Assembly: GCA_965205975.1 (NCBI GenBank) | Contig: OZ242195.1 | Coordinates: 4,128,001-4,192,000, forward strand | DNA length: 64,000 nucleotides | Direction: 5' to 3' | Source: Candidatus Latescibacterota bacterium | GTDB lineage: Bacteria; Latescibacterota; UBA2968 | Part shown: piece after piece, positions 16,302 through 26,273 of the stretch | Position numbering within the stretch: position 1 is the stretch's first letter | Layout of the letters: every line of letters starts with the position of its first letter | Notes under the pieces: model-generated | Databases searched by the model: none | The model's input: only the letters and a program-made list of their open reading frames with translations | Told to the model about the DNA's origin: nothing | Made by a program: the position numbers and the translations under genes

Positions 16302-18770
16302 ATGAAAAAAACCCTCTACCTCGCAAAAAACTACCTCACCATCGCCGTCCGCAACCTGCTGAGACATCCGGGCTATTCATTGATCAACCTGTCCGGACTG
16401 GCACTCGGAATGGCGTGTGCGGTATTACTCGCGATCTACATCTCCTATGAACTGAGCTACGACCGGTTTCGCCCAGAAGTAGCGCGCACCTACCGCGTCA
16501 TGAAACAAACCCGCCATGCAAACGGGCGGATAGCGTGGAACACAGGGCAACAGGGACCATTGGCAACCGTACTGACCGAAGAATTTCCAGACGTGGAAGA
16601 CGCCACGCGATTTTGGGCGGGGCTCAGATGGATAACCGCCGGGGAAAAATCGTTTCAACAGATGTTCTGGCTAAGCGACCCCAACGTATTCGCATTCTTC
16701 GGCATCGAAGTCCTGACAGGCGATCTCCAAACCGCATTACAGGACCCCTTTTCAGTAGTTATCACAGAACCCATCGCCCGGAAATTTTTCGGAATCGCCG
16801 ATCCAATCGGCAAAACAATCACCGTAGATCACAACCTGTTTGGCGGCACATATCAAATCACGGGCGTCATTCGGCAATCGCCTCACAACTCGCGGTTCCA
16901 GTATGACTTCATCACCGCCACCATGCCGCAGGGCGTTCGCCAGCGCAGATCGTGGGACCACTGGTTGCCGCCAGCGTACTCGCGCCCGGCAAACACATAT
17001 CTGCGCCTGAAACCTGGAGCAAACCCCGAAGACATCGCCTCCAAATTGCCAGAACTCGTCGAACGCTACGCGGAAATCGCAGAAGACGAAAGCGAAACCG
17101 TGCGCTATTATCTGCATCCCGTCTCGCGCATGCACCTGTATTCCAAAGCCGATATGCCCGGATTTACCGGCGATGCGGGAAGATCCTACAAAGACATACA
17201 GCAACTTTATCTGCTGGGACTCGTGGGATTCTTCATCCTCACAATAGCCTGCATCAACTTCATGAACCTCTCCACAGCCCGATCCGCCAGCCGTGCGAAA
17301 GAAGTGGGACTCCGAAAAGTCGTGGGCGCATATCGCTCGCACCTCATAAAGCAATTCCTTGGCGAATCCCTCCTCTTATCCGCCCTATCCGCCTGTATAG
17401 CCCTCGGACTGGTATATCTCGCACTGCCCCCGTTCAGCGCATTTGTGCAGGAAAATCTCGCCATGAACAGCGGATTAATCCTCTGGATCCTGGGAATCAC
17501 CCTCTTCGTCGGGCTATTATCCGGAAGCTATCCCGCACTCTACCTCTCTGCATTCGAACCCGCAACCGTATTGAAAGGCGGTGCAATCAAAGCCGGTTCG
17601 ACCCCTGCCCGCGTGCGAAAAGGACTCGTCGTACTGCAATTTGCCATTTCGATTATATTAATTATAGGAACCATCATTGTAGCCGATCAAATGCGATTGA
17701 TCCGGGAAAAAGACCTGGGATTTAACAAAGATGAAGTCGTCGTCGCCTCAATCTTCCGGCAAGACCGATATCAGAGCAATGGCGGACAATTGCAAAAGCG
17801 GTATATTCAGATAAAAGACGCATTCTCACAACACCCGAACATCACAACCGTATCGGCAACATCGGATCTGCCGGGAAACAGCTGGCCTAACCGCGAGTGG
17901 TTCTTCCCGGAAGGCGACCCAAACCGGGGCGTTGAAGTGCGCGTATTTGGCGCAGACGAGGCATTTATAGACTGCTACGACATTCCCCTGCTATCCGGAC
18001 GAAATTACGACCGCGCGTATGCGGAACGGGCGTGGGAAAGACGCGGCAAACCCGGCGAATTATTCGTCATAAACGAAACCGCAGCAAAAGCATTTGGCTG
18101 GACAGACCCCGTGGGCAAAATACTGAACTCACACGTTCGAAAAGGACATGTAATCGGCGTAGTCAAAGACTTTCACTATCGGCCCCTCTACGAAACCATC
18201 GAGCCACTGGTCATCACAGCCGCGTGGTATCGCCTCAGCCACCTCTCCATACGAATTCGACCGCAAGGACTCTCAGAAACAATGGCATTTCTACAACGCA
18301 CCTGGACGGAATTTCTCCCCACCCGCTCGCCCGAAATCGTCTTTGCGTCCGATCCGTTGGAAAGCTGGTATCGGGACGACCAGCGCACGGGACAAATATT
18401 CAGCGCGGCATTTGTCATCGCGATCTTCGTAGCGTGTCTGGGACTACTGGGTCTGGCGGCCTTCACCGCAGAACAGCGCACAAAAGAAATAGGCATACGC
18501 AAAACAATGGGCGCGTCTGTCTGGAATCTCGTAATACTCCTGTGCAAAGACTTCGTCATACTCGTCGGAATAGCAAATCTAATCGCCTATCCGATTATTT
18601 ATCTGGCGATGGAACGGTGGTTGCAGCATTTCGCCTATCGGATAGAACTCAGCGCAGCCCCATTTGTCCTCGGAAGCCTCCTGACATTGGGAATCGCGCT
18701 ATTAACCGTAAGCACGCAGGCGTGGAAAGCCGCTCGAACAAATCCCACTGAGACACTGCGATATGAGTGA
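16302..18770 (+). CDS. ABC transporter permease, MacB/FtsX family (double periplasmic/FtsX architecture)
   Basis: YLTIAVRNL, SLINLSGLALG, IACINFMNLSTARS..RAKEVGLRKVVGA, EQRTKEIGIRK..GAS, NPTETLRYE. Confidence 0.93.
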   Translation: MKKTLYLAKNYLTIAVRNLLRHPGYSLINLSGLALGMACAVLLAIYISYELSYDRFRPEVARTYRVMKQTRHANGRIAWNTGQQGPLATVLTEEFPDVEDATRFWAGLRWITAGEKSFQQMFWLSDPNVFAFFGIEVLTGDLQTALQDPFSVVITEPIARKFFGIADPIGKTITVDHNLFGGTYQITGVIRQSPHNSRFQYDFITATMPQGVRQRRSWDHWLPPAYSRPANTYLRLKPGANPEDIASKLPELVERYAEIAEDESETVRYYLHPVSRMHLYSKADMPGFTGDAGRSYKDIQQLYLLGLVGFFILTIACINFMNLSTARSASRAKEVGLRKVVGAYRSHLIKQFLGESLLLSALSACIALGLVYLALPPFSAFVQENLAMNSGLILWILGITLFVGLLSGSYPALYLSAFEPATVLKGGAIKAGSTPARVRKGLVVLQFAISIILIIGTIIVADQMRLIREKDLGFNKDEVVVASIFRQDRYQSNGGQLQKRYIQIKDAFSQHPNITTVSATSDLPGNSWPNREWFFPEGDPNRGVEVRVFGADEAFIDCYDIPLLSGRNYDRAYAERAWERRGKPGELFVINETAAKAFGWTDPVGKILNSHVRKGHVIGVVKDFHYRPLYETIEPLVITAAWYRLSHLSIRIRPQGLSETMAFLQRTWTEFLPTRSPEIVFASDPLESWYRDDQRTGQIFSAAFVIAIFVACLGLLGLAAFTAEQRTKEIGIRKTMGASVWNLVILLCKDFVILVGIANLIAYPIIYLAMERWLQHFAYRIELSAAPFVLGSLLTLGIALLTVSTQAWKAARTNPTETLRYE

Positions 18771-18934
18771 TATATCATTAACTGAGGTTACGTAGTTTTA
18801 AAACACTGTCTTTACAGACTTGCAAGCTGGACCTAAAGGCTTTTTGCTGGCTTTTTGTGATGACACTTTTTATTTTGGAATGTCTGAATACTACATACTG
18901 ATTTGGATATTCGCTGCAAAAGGAGAATTCATAG

Positions 18935-21919
18935 ATGGCTAAAGAAAATCGAGATGAAGCACTGAAACGCGCAGGTGAAGTCGCAAAAGATATCATAGCA
19001 GAACTTGACCACTTCGAGGTTGATTACCAATCCAGTATTCCTACTACTAAACCACCTACAACACGCGATAGAATAGCGGTAACTGAGTCGTCTATAAAGA
19101 GTCATAACATTGTGGCACAAAACATGCGTGAATTAAAAAAAGAACCCTTTATTGCCTATGCCAAATGCCTCCGGAATGGAAAAGAAATCTATTTCCTTTT
19201 TTGCCGAAATTACACGCCACCTACAAATCAAGCCCCCTTAAAGGTCAATAGCCTTTTTGTCAGTTACAAAGCTCCTATTGGTCAAGTCGCATCTCTTGAT
19301 TTAGGTCAGCAAATTCCTGTGAATGGACGGTATATCAAAGTTCTTGAAAAGACTATCTTTAAACCAGTATTCGACAAGAAATGGGATGGAACTGATAACC
19401 AATTCAATTTGCTAAAAGAAGATATTTCAGCCGAATCTCTCCGTAAACTTATAGAACTGTTTACAGAATCCAAGATTGAGAAGCAGGATACGGTAGCAAC
19501 AGCAGACCAACGCGATTTGCTAATGAAATTGATTCGTTCTCGGTCATTTACACCAGAGGAGCGAAACAAAACCGAAAAGTGGCTTGAGACGCCCAAGGCA
19601 ACGGCAGAGCAGGTCTCATTGCTCATTGACAAGGCACGGCACCGTATTGCTACCAATTATCAGGATGAATTGGATGAAGAAGAAGCTCTCAAGGCGTATA
19701 AAGAAGCAGAAGAGTTGGGCAAACTCCGTGAGCTTGAACGAGCGCGCCAGCAGCGTAACCGGAGAGCGATCCGACGAAAACTGGAATTGATTGATAGACC
19801 AGTACTCGACCAACATCAGGATAAGATTTTTCGCCTTTCTCTAAGATCACAGATTATTCTTACAGGCGCGCCTGGTACAGGAAAAACAACTGCACTTGTC
19901 AAGCGCATCTCACAAAAATCTAGAGAAGAGTTTCTTAGTGATGAAGAAAAAAGGGGCCTCGGAGAATTTACCAACCGAGAAGAAATTGCCAACCAATGGA
20001 TTATGTTTGCACCCAGCGATCTTCTGAAGGTCTATCTCAAAGAAGCCATGAACAAGGAAGGAATAGCAGAATCTAATATCGTTACTTGGGAAACTACACA
20101 AACCCGCCTTGCCCGAGAGGGCGTGTTAGATTTCCTTAAAGTGGCTGCTAATAGTAAAGGTCTGTTCCGTTTAGGGCGTGATGAAATCCTTGCAAGAACT
20201 CAGAACCGACAGTTGATACAATACACCAAGCGATTTGAGACGTATGTGACGGAAACCGTCTGGAAGACCTGCCGCGAAATAATGAGAACTCTCAGGACAA
20301 ACAAAACCAGCCCAGAGTTACTGAATCAACTAAAAAGAATTACTGGCAAATACTCACAGAAAATTCTTGCCAATATAGATAAGCAAGTTGATTTCGTAGA
20401 CGAACTTGCCAGACTTCAAAATATTTTTGAGAAGTTGCGTGAAGATCTAAAAAAAGATATGGAAAAGCTCACTGACAAAGTGATAAAAAGAAAAGGTGTT
20501 CTGAACGCTGTCGTTGAATTACTCGAAAAAGAAGCAACTTTGGAGACTCCCCAAATGACTGCGGAAGACGAGGACGAAGATGAAGGTGAATCACTCGAAG
20601 CTTTTGAAGAGATAGAGGAAATATCTTCTTGGGGGCGAAGATCTACGAAACAATACCAACGCGGTCATGCGGTAAACCGCATTAAGCTGGCTATTGCCTG
20701 GTATGTCGAATGGCTAGCAAGAGACCGAAAAAGCACAGAGAGCAAAAAGTATTGGCCAGTCATTCAATGCGTGCAATCGGTACTCGGGAATCAAGGGGTA
20801 GAAATGGCTTTTGGTGACGAAAAAACGCTTGTCGAATTGGGCAAGAGGCATTTGGACCTACGGTCTATAAGCCCATTGACGAAGGGTCATGAGATACTCT
20901 TGGATCAGATACCAGCATATTACAACAGGTTCCGTCGGATACTGCTTCGGGAAAAGAGTGCTTATCTTAAGACTGACCGCGCAACAGATATACGGGAGAA
21001 CAAGCTTTCTCGATCTGAAATTGATTTGTTAATTTTTATTATGCTAAAAAATGCGCGATCAATCTTTAAACGCCATAGCGACCTACTTTTCGACAACACA
21101 TGGCTTTCAAATCAGATTCTTGAAAAGATTCGTGCAGAATATAGAGTTCAGGTACTCGTTGATGAAGCCACTGACTTTTCATCTTTGCAATTGGGGTGTA
21201 TGTTTTTCCTTTCACATCCGAGATTCAATTCATTTGTGCTTTCGGGTGATCTCATGCAGCGTGTAACAAATCACGGACTGGCAGATTGGCAAGAGTGTAA
21301 TCTGTTTCTGAAAAAATTAGAGAAACACACGCTGGACAAAAGCTATCGGCAAAGTGCCAGATTATTGCAGATCGCCAAAAGGCTCTATGTCCAGACTATG
21401 AAAACACCTGCTCCTTTTGAAACTTCATACAATAAAAATGAAAATGCTCCTCCCCCTTTGCAATTCAATGCCAAACAGAATCGAGATGCACTGGCTGAAT
21501 GGCTGGCTGAGCGCATTTCTGAAATCTACAGAATCCATGAAAACCACCTGCCTTCTATCGCTATCTTCGTGCCCGATGAGTCAGATATTGAACCTCTCTA
21601 TGACATTTTGGTAGAACCTCTCAATTCTCGTGCCTTTGAACTCGACAAGTGTATTGATGGAAAATTTGGCGATGGCGAAAAGGTTCGTATTTTCAGTGTC
21701 AAATATATCAAAGGGCTTGAGTTTCAAGGCGCATTTTTAGTAGATGTGGATAAAATTCAGCGAAACAATCCTAACCTGGTGGATAAATATCTTTACGTGG
21801 GATTAACTCGAGCGGCGGAATTTCTGGGCATTACTTACAATGGAAGGTTTCCATCTCGTCTGAGCGCAGTTCAAGAAGAATTCCATACTTCAGACTGGAA
21901 CGACTATATAAGCATATGA
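18935..21919 (+). CDS. Large SF1 (UvrD/HelD-like) helicase/ATPase
   Basis: GAPGTGKT, VLVDEATDF, SGDLMQR, SYRQS, IKGLEF, LYVGLTRA; N-terminal VSYKAPIG resembles the HelD-type DWRAPIA motif. Confidence 0.85.
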   Translation: MAKENRDEALKRAGEVAKDIIAELDHFEVDYQSSIPTTKPPTTRDRIAVTESSIKSHNIVAQNMRELKKEPFIAYAKCLRNGKEIYFLFCRNYTPPTNQAPLKVNSLFVSYKAPIGQVASLDLGQQIPVNGRYIKVLEKTIFKPVFDKKWDGTDNQFNLLKEDISAESLRKLIELFTESKIEKQDTVATADQRDLLMKLIRSRSFTPEERNKTEKWLETPKATAEQVSLLIDKARHRIATNYQDELDEEEALKAYKEAEELGKLRELERARQQRNRRAIRRKLELIDRPVLDQHQDKIFRLSLRSQIILTGAPGTGKTTALVKRISQKSREEFLSDEEKRGLGEFTNREEIANQWIMFAPSDLLKVYLKEAMNKEGIAESNIVTWETTQTRLAREGVLDFLKVAANSKGLFRLGRDEILARTQNRQLIQYTKRFETYVTETVWKTCREIMRTLRTNKTSPELLNQLKRITGKYSQKILANIDKQVDFVDELARLQNIFEKLREDLKKDMEKLTDKVIKRKGVLNAVVELLEKEATLETPQMTAEDEDEDEGESLEAFEEIEEISSWGRRSTKQYQRGHAVNRIKLAIAWYVEWLARDRKSTESKKYWPVIQCVQSVLGNQGVEMAFGDEKTLVELGKRHLDLRSISPLTKGHEILLDQIPAYYNRFRRILLREKSAYLKTDRATDIRENKLSRSEIDLLIFIMLKNARSIFKRHSDLLFDNTWLSNQILEKIRAEYRVQVLVDEATDFSSLQLGCMFFLSHPRFNSFVLSGDLMQRVTNHGLADWQECNLFLKKLEKHTLDKSYRQSARLLQIAKRLYVQTMKTPAPFETSYNKNENAPPPLQFNAKQNRDALAEWLAERISEIYRIHENHLPSIAIFVPDESDIEPLYDILVEPLNSRAFELDKCIDGKFGDGEKVRIFSVKYIKGLEFQGAFLVDVDKIQRNNPNLVDKYLYVGLTRAAEFLGITYNGRFPSRLSAVQEEFHTSDWNDYISI

Positions 21920-22043
21920 TCGCGCCCTAGTAATGCGTAATTATTATTCACTAATGTTATGCATTACTACTGATACGCCATCAAGCGCAGTACGCAAACT
22001 AATTGTGCTTTTTCTGCCATCTCTTCAGGGTATTATTTCACAA

Positions 22044-23147
22044 TCAAAATCCCGATTTTTGTTTATCAATGTATTTTCCAAATCCATCAAATTCATAAAT
22101 CACCATTACCATTCCGGTATTAAAGTCTATGCCTTCCGCTTTCACACCCACAGCTTGAAGTTGCCACTTATTGTCAAGAATAAATCCTTTAGTCCAACCA
22201 AGAATACGCGCCCCCTTCGCCAATGCCGTCATATAAAACGGTGGGTCCTTCAACATAGAATCTGCGGCCGGCCGCAAAAAATCCTGCTCAACACCTTTTC
22301 CATACTTCCATTCGAGTAGGTCGCGCAATTCCTCATATTTTTCTCTGATTTTAAAACCATACTCATCTGCTTTTACCTCAAAACTAAACAACACCTTAAC
22401 AAGTCCATCAGAGGGCGGAACAACAAAAGTTGCATTTAACGCACCTATTGGCACCTTAGGGTTAAACTGAGCATAGACACCCTCTCCTTGTTCTTCAAGA
22501 TCACCAAATCCCAAAGCACGTATTTCCGAAATACTCATGCCTTTTTTAAGACCAAAAATATCACCTTCAGTACTTGAGTCTGAAGTAAAAACTATGTTTA
22601 CAACATCCGTTTCTTTGATAAAATTAGCAAACATCGCGGTATCCGTTCCGGAACTTTCACTTGACTGTTTAGCCAAATCCAAAAGCTGCGCTCCTGAAAT
22701 AGTAAGAATTAGGTTATCGCCATCCAAAAAGCAACCATACCTGAAAACAAAATCTTCATCAATAGCTACGACGAGCTTATCACCATCAATACGCCAAGTC
22801 CCTTTATCTCCAATCTTATTTTGCCATGTATTATCCGCGTAAAAACGCCTTTCCATTCCCTCTGATATTTGTATAAAAAAGTCTTCCAAAATGGGCAACA
22901 CGGTATTACTCATCGTCTCAGCCTGAACGGAATCCATGCCTTGAACGCGAAGATAATTTTTCAGATTATCAGCCAACAGCACAGGCGCGTCAGTATCCTT
23001 AAATTTCCATACACCGACAAGGTCGCTTTCTCCAGGTATAGAAACAGCCTTACCTTTAACCTCAGGGTCTTTCTCCGATGCAGAAACAACCAAAAAACAA
23101 CCAAAAGTTAAGTAAAGCAAACTAGTCCATACCAAAAATCTATTCAT
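22044..23147 (-). CDS. Hypothetical secreted protein (two-domain)
   Basis: Signal-peptide-like N-terminus; LVGVW and GTWRIDGDKL beta-barrel-like motifs; AGGAG RBS. Confidence 0.75.
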   Translation of the reverse strand: MNRFLVWTSLLYLTFGCFLVVSASEKDPEVKGKAVSIPGESDLVGVWKFKDTDAPVLLADNLKNYLRVQGMDSVQAETMSNTVLPILEDFFIQISEGMERRFYADNTWQNKIGDKGTWRIDGDKLVVAIDEDFVFRYGCFLDGDNLILTISGAQLLDLAKQSSESSGTDTAMFANFIKETDVVNIVFTSDSSTEGDIFGLKKGMSISEIRALGFGDLEEQGEGVYAQFNPKVPIGALNATFVVPPSDGLVKVLFSFEVKADEYGFKIREKYEELRDLLEWKYGKGVEQDFLRPAADSMLKDPPFYMTALAKGARILGWTKGFILDNKWQLQAVGVKAEGIDFNTGMVMVIYEFDGFGKYIDKQKSGF

Positions 23148-23294
23148 ATCGAAATCTCCTATTTAACTGATGTTACGCAGTTGCGGATTTATTCTTTATA
23201 TTACGTCGTGTGTGAACTCAAAGCAACCATAGATAAAAGGCAACTGTATGCAACTATCATCTTTACCGCTCTCTCCAGAATCGCGATTTCCCCC

Positions 23295-26273
23295 ATGCAA
23301 TACCACCTCACACAACTGAAAGCATTTTGTGACGCGCATCCAATCGACACAAAAGTCCTGATCGTCCCCACCATGACAGTGGGACACGACCTGACACTCG
23401 CACTTGCGGAAACGGGATATTCGTGGCTGAACCTGCAAATCGAAACCCCGCACAGCCTCGCGGAAAAAGATGCGGGTGCCCATCTCATCGCGGAAGGACA
23501 TTCGCGCATGGCGCAAGACGCGGACTTATTCTATCTGGACGAAATCATCCCCCGGGCCGTGCGCGAAATCGATGATGAGTACTTCGCACAACGGGCAACC
23601 GCGCTCACGCGACCTTTTCTGCGCACATTGCGCGTCCTGCGTGCAGCGGGACTGGAACCCGATTCGATCTCTGGGAAAGGCACGCGACATCGGGTATTAC
23701 GGCGGCTTTACCAGACGTATTGCGCGACATTTGAAAGAGATAACCTCTACGACAACGCCGTATTGTATCGACATGCATTGAAATATCTAAAAACCCATCC
23801 GCCCCCACAAAATACACACTATGCCATCCTCGACGAAACCCCATTACCCGCGCTGGCATTCGAATATCTCAGCGAAAAAACACAGGGACATATCTGTCGC
23901 ATTGGGCGAAATGATATGGGTGTATCACCCCCGCCACACAGCGCAGCAAAACGCTTTGAAAAAGTACCCTATCCCGATACCACGGGCAAAATCGGAGTGG
24001 GCGGAAACATATCTAAATCGAGATTAGACCCCAGAGACAAATCTCAAATCCAACTGTGCGAAACCCTCGGCACCGAAACAGAAATCAGCAAAGTATTGCG
24101 CGACATAAGATCGGGAACCATACCCCTGGATACCGTCGAAATCGCATACACCTCGGAAATGCCTTATGTGAGCCTGTTGTGCGATGCGGTTCAACGATAT
24201 GGGCTGCCCGCCACATTTGCCGAAGGCATTCCGATAGCGACAACCCGAACTGGTCGCGCACTGGTGAACTTCTACCGGTGGGTCGGCGCGGGATATCCCG
24301 CTGACGAACTCGTAATGATGTGCCGCGCGAGCCTGATCGCCTCTGAAGGCGCACCTGTAATTGCAACCGTCCTCCAACACGCGCATATTGGCGAGGGCGA
24401 AGGTCCTCGGCGTTATTTTGCTGCCCTGAACCAGATAAAAGCCGACCTCCGCGATAGAAACGATGAAAACTCGGAAACCGGCCATCGCGGATTAACCCTT
24501 GAGGAAATCGAAACTGTTGAAGAAGAACTCAATGGCTTATTCGCTCTCATCCCCAGAGGACCCCGTGTATCTCTCAGCGCATTGGTCAATGCTGGCTTGC
24601 AATTTCTCGCGCACTTTGTAAACGCCGAAGATGAAGTCCTCACCGCGATCTGGGATCGCCTGCACCATGTGGCCCAATCCGTGCGCCGCAAAGCACCTGT
24701 ACGCCGACTGGCAAACCGTCTATCTGAACTAACCGCCAACCTTTCTTTCAAAGCCGAAGCAGCCAAACCCGGGCATCTGGCTATTGCCCCGCTTTCGCGC
24801 GCGGGATACACCAATCGCGCACATATTTACATCGTGGGCATGGACGAAGCCACCTTCCCTGGTGGCGCAACAGAAGACCCCATACTATTAGACGGCGAGC
24901 GCTCGGGCGTATCCGGTGAACTGGAATTGCGCCGCACGCGACCCGCCGAGCAAGTGTGGCATCTCATTCGCGTATTGGGCATGGCATATAGCAAAGTGAC
25001 ATTATTGTCCTGCCACCGAAGCCTATCCGACAGCAGGGAACGCTATCCCGCCGCACTCTTTCAGCAAGCAGCCGAACAGATGAACATCGACCCTGTACCT
25101 GTTGCACGCGCCTTGCCCCGAACATCTGCACGGGCGCTGGACGACGCAGAGGCATTGATAGCGCACCACGCCTCTGCCGACTACGAATCCGTTGTGCATC
25201 AGACCTTCCCCCATCTGGTCGCAGGACAAAAGGCGCGCCAAAATCGCGAATGGAACGGATTGACGACCTATGACGGATGGCTGGGCGCACGCACACCCGA
25301 ACTGGCGATTACCGCACAGCACCGCATATTTTCACCCTCAAAACTGGAAATGCTCGCCCGATGTCCATACCGGTATTTTTTGAACTATGTACTCGAAATA
25401 CAACCCATAGAAAAAGCCGAAACCGACCCTACGCGATGGCTCGATCCCCTGTCTTACGGCGCTCTGCTACACAGCTTATTCCACAAATTCATGCAACTTC
25501 TGAAAGCGCGAGGCGAACGCCCGGATCGCGACCGACACGGAACACTTATTCGTGAACTTCTGGAACGAGAAATAGAAGCCAAAAAAGAAACCCATCCCGT
25601 TGAACACGAAGCGGCGTATCGCGCCGACGTCAAACGTCTATCGCAAGCCGCGCAAGTATTTCTATCCGTCGAGTCCGAGCAAAAAAACGCCGACCCCATC
25701 GGATTTGAAGTGAGCTTCGGATTTGGCGAATCGGGCGGGCTAAACTGCGAACCCCCTGTGACACTCGAACTCGCAGAAGATGTCGCGCTTCGCATCCGCG
25801 GGCGCATCGACCGCGTAGATCGCGTTGACGACAACTTTGCAATTTGGGATTACAAAACCGGATCCATGGCGCAATACGACGAACAGGACCTGCTCAAACG
25901 CGGCACACATCTGCAATGGGCACTGTACGCCTATGCCCTGAACTCGATCTTGAGACAACAACAGGAACCTGCTCGCGTGCAATTATCCGGCTACGTCTTT
26001 CCCGGCGACAGAGAACACGGCCGCAGGCTTTCAGAAACGCCGCCAGCGCCCGAAACACTCGCCAATGTATTGCGCCCCTTGCTCGAACTGGTAGAGAACG
26101 GCGGCTTTTTTCACATACAAAAATCCCAAGAATGCGACTACTGCATCTACAACCGCGTCTGCAGCAAAGAACGCCTGGACGCCAACGCCCTCGCCGATGC
26201 GCGTGAAGAAATGGACGACGATCCCAATTTCGCACTCTTACTGGACAGCCTGAACCGCTGGATGGGAATATGA
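23295..26273 (+). CDS. addB: ATP-dependent nuclease subunit AddB-like (PD-(D/E)XK nuclease, Fe-S cysteines)
   Basis: FSPSKLE..CPYRYF, RGRIDRVD, WDYKTG, HLQWALY, CDYCIYNRVC; coupled to addA by ATGA overlap. Confidence 0.85.
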   Translation: MQYHLTQLKAFCDAHPIDTKVLIVPTMTVGHDLTLALAETGYSWLNLQIETPHSLAEKDAGAHLIAEGHSRMAQDADLFYLDEIIPRAVREIDDEYFAQRATALTRPFLRTLRVLRAAGLEPDSISGKGTRHRVLRRLYQTYCATFERDNLYDNAVLYRHALKYLKTHPPPQNTHYAILDETPLPALAFEYLSEKTQGHICRIGRNDMGVSPPPHSAAKRFEKVPYPDTTGKIGVGGNISKSRLDPRDKSQIQLCETLGTETEISKVLRDIRSGTIPLDTVEIAYTSEMPYVSLLCDAVQRYGLPATFAEGIPIATTRTGRALVNFYRWVGAGYPADELVMMCRASLIASEGAPVIATVLQHAHIGEGEGPRRYFAALNQIKADLRDRNDENSETGHRGLTLEEIETVEEELNGLFALIPRGPRVSLSALVNAGLQFLAHFVNAEDEVLTAIWDRLHHVAQSVRRKAPVRRLANRLSELTANLSFKAEAAKPGHLAIAPLSRAGYTNRAHIYIVGMDEATFPGGATEDPILLDGERSGVSGELELRRTRPAEQVWHLIRVLGMAYSKVTLLSCHRSLSDSRERYPAALFQQAAEQMNIDPVPVARALPRTSARALDDAEALIAHHASADYESVVHQTFPHLVAGQKARQNREWNGLTTYDGWLGARTPELAITAQHRIFSPSKLEMLARCPYRYFLNYVLEIQPIEKAETDPTRWLDPLSYGALLHSLFHKFMQLLKARGERPDRDRHGTLIRELLEREIEAKKETHPVEHEAAYRADVKRLSQAAQVFLSVESEQKNADPIGFEVSFGFGESGGLNCEPPVTLELAEDVALRIRGRIDRVDRVDDNFAIWDYKTGSMAQYDEQDLLKRGTHLQWALYAYALNSILRQQQEPARVQLSGYVFPGDREHGRRLSETPPAPETLANVLRPLLELVENGGFFHIQKSQECDYCIYNRVCSKERLDANALADAREEMDDDPNFALLLDSLNRWMGI

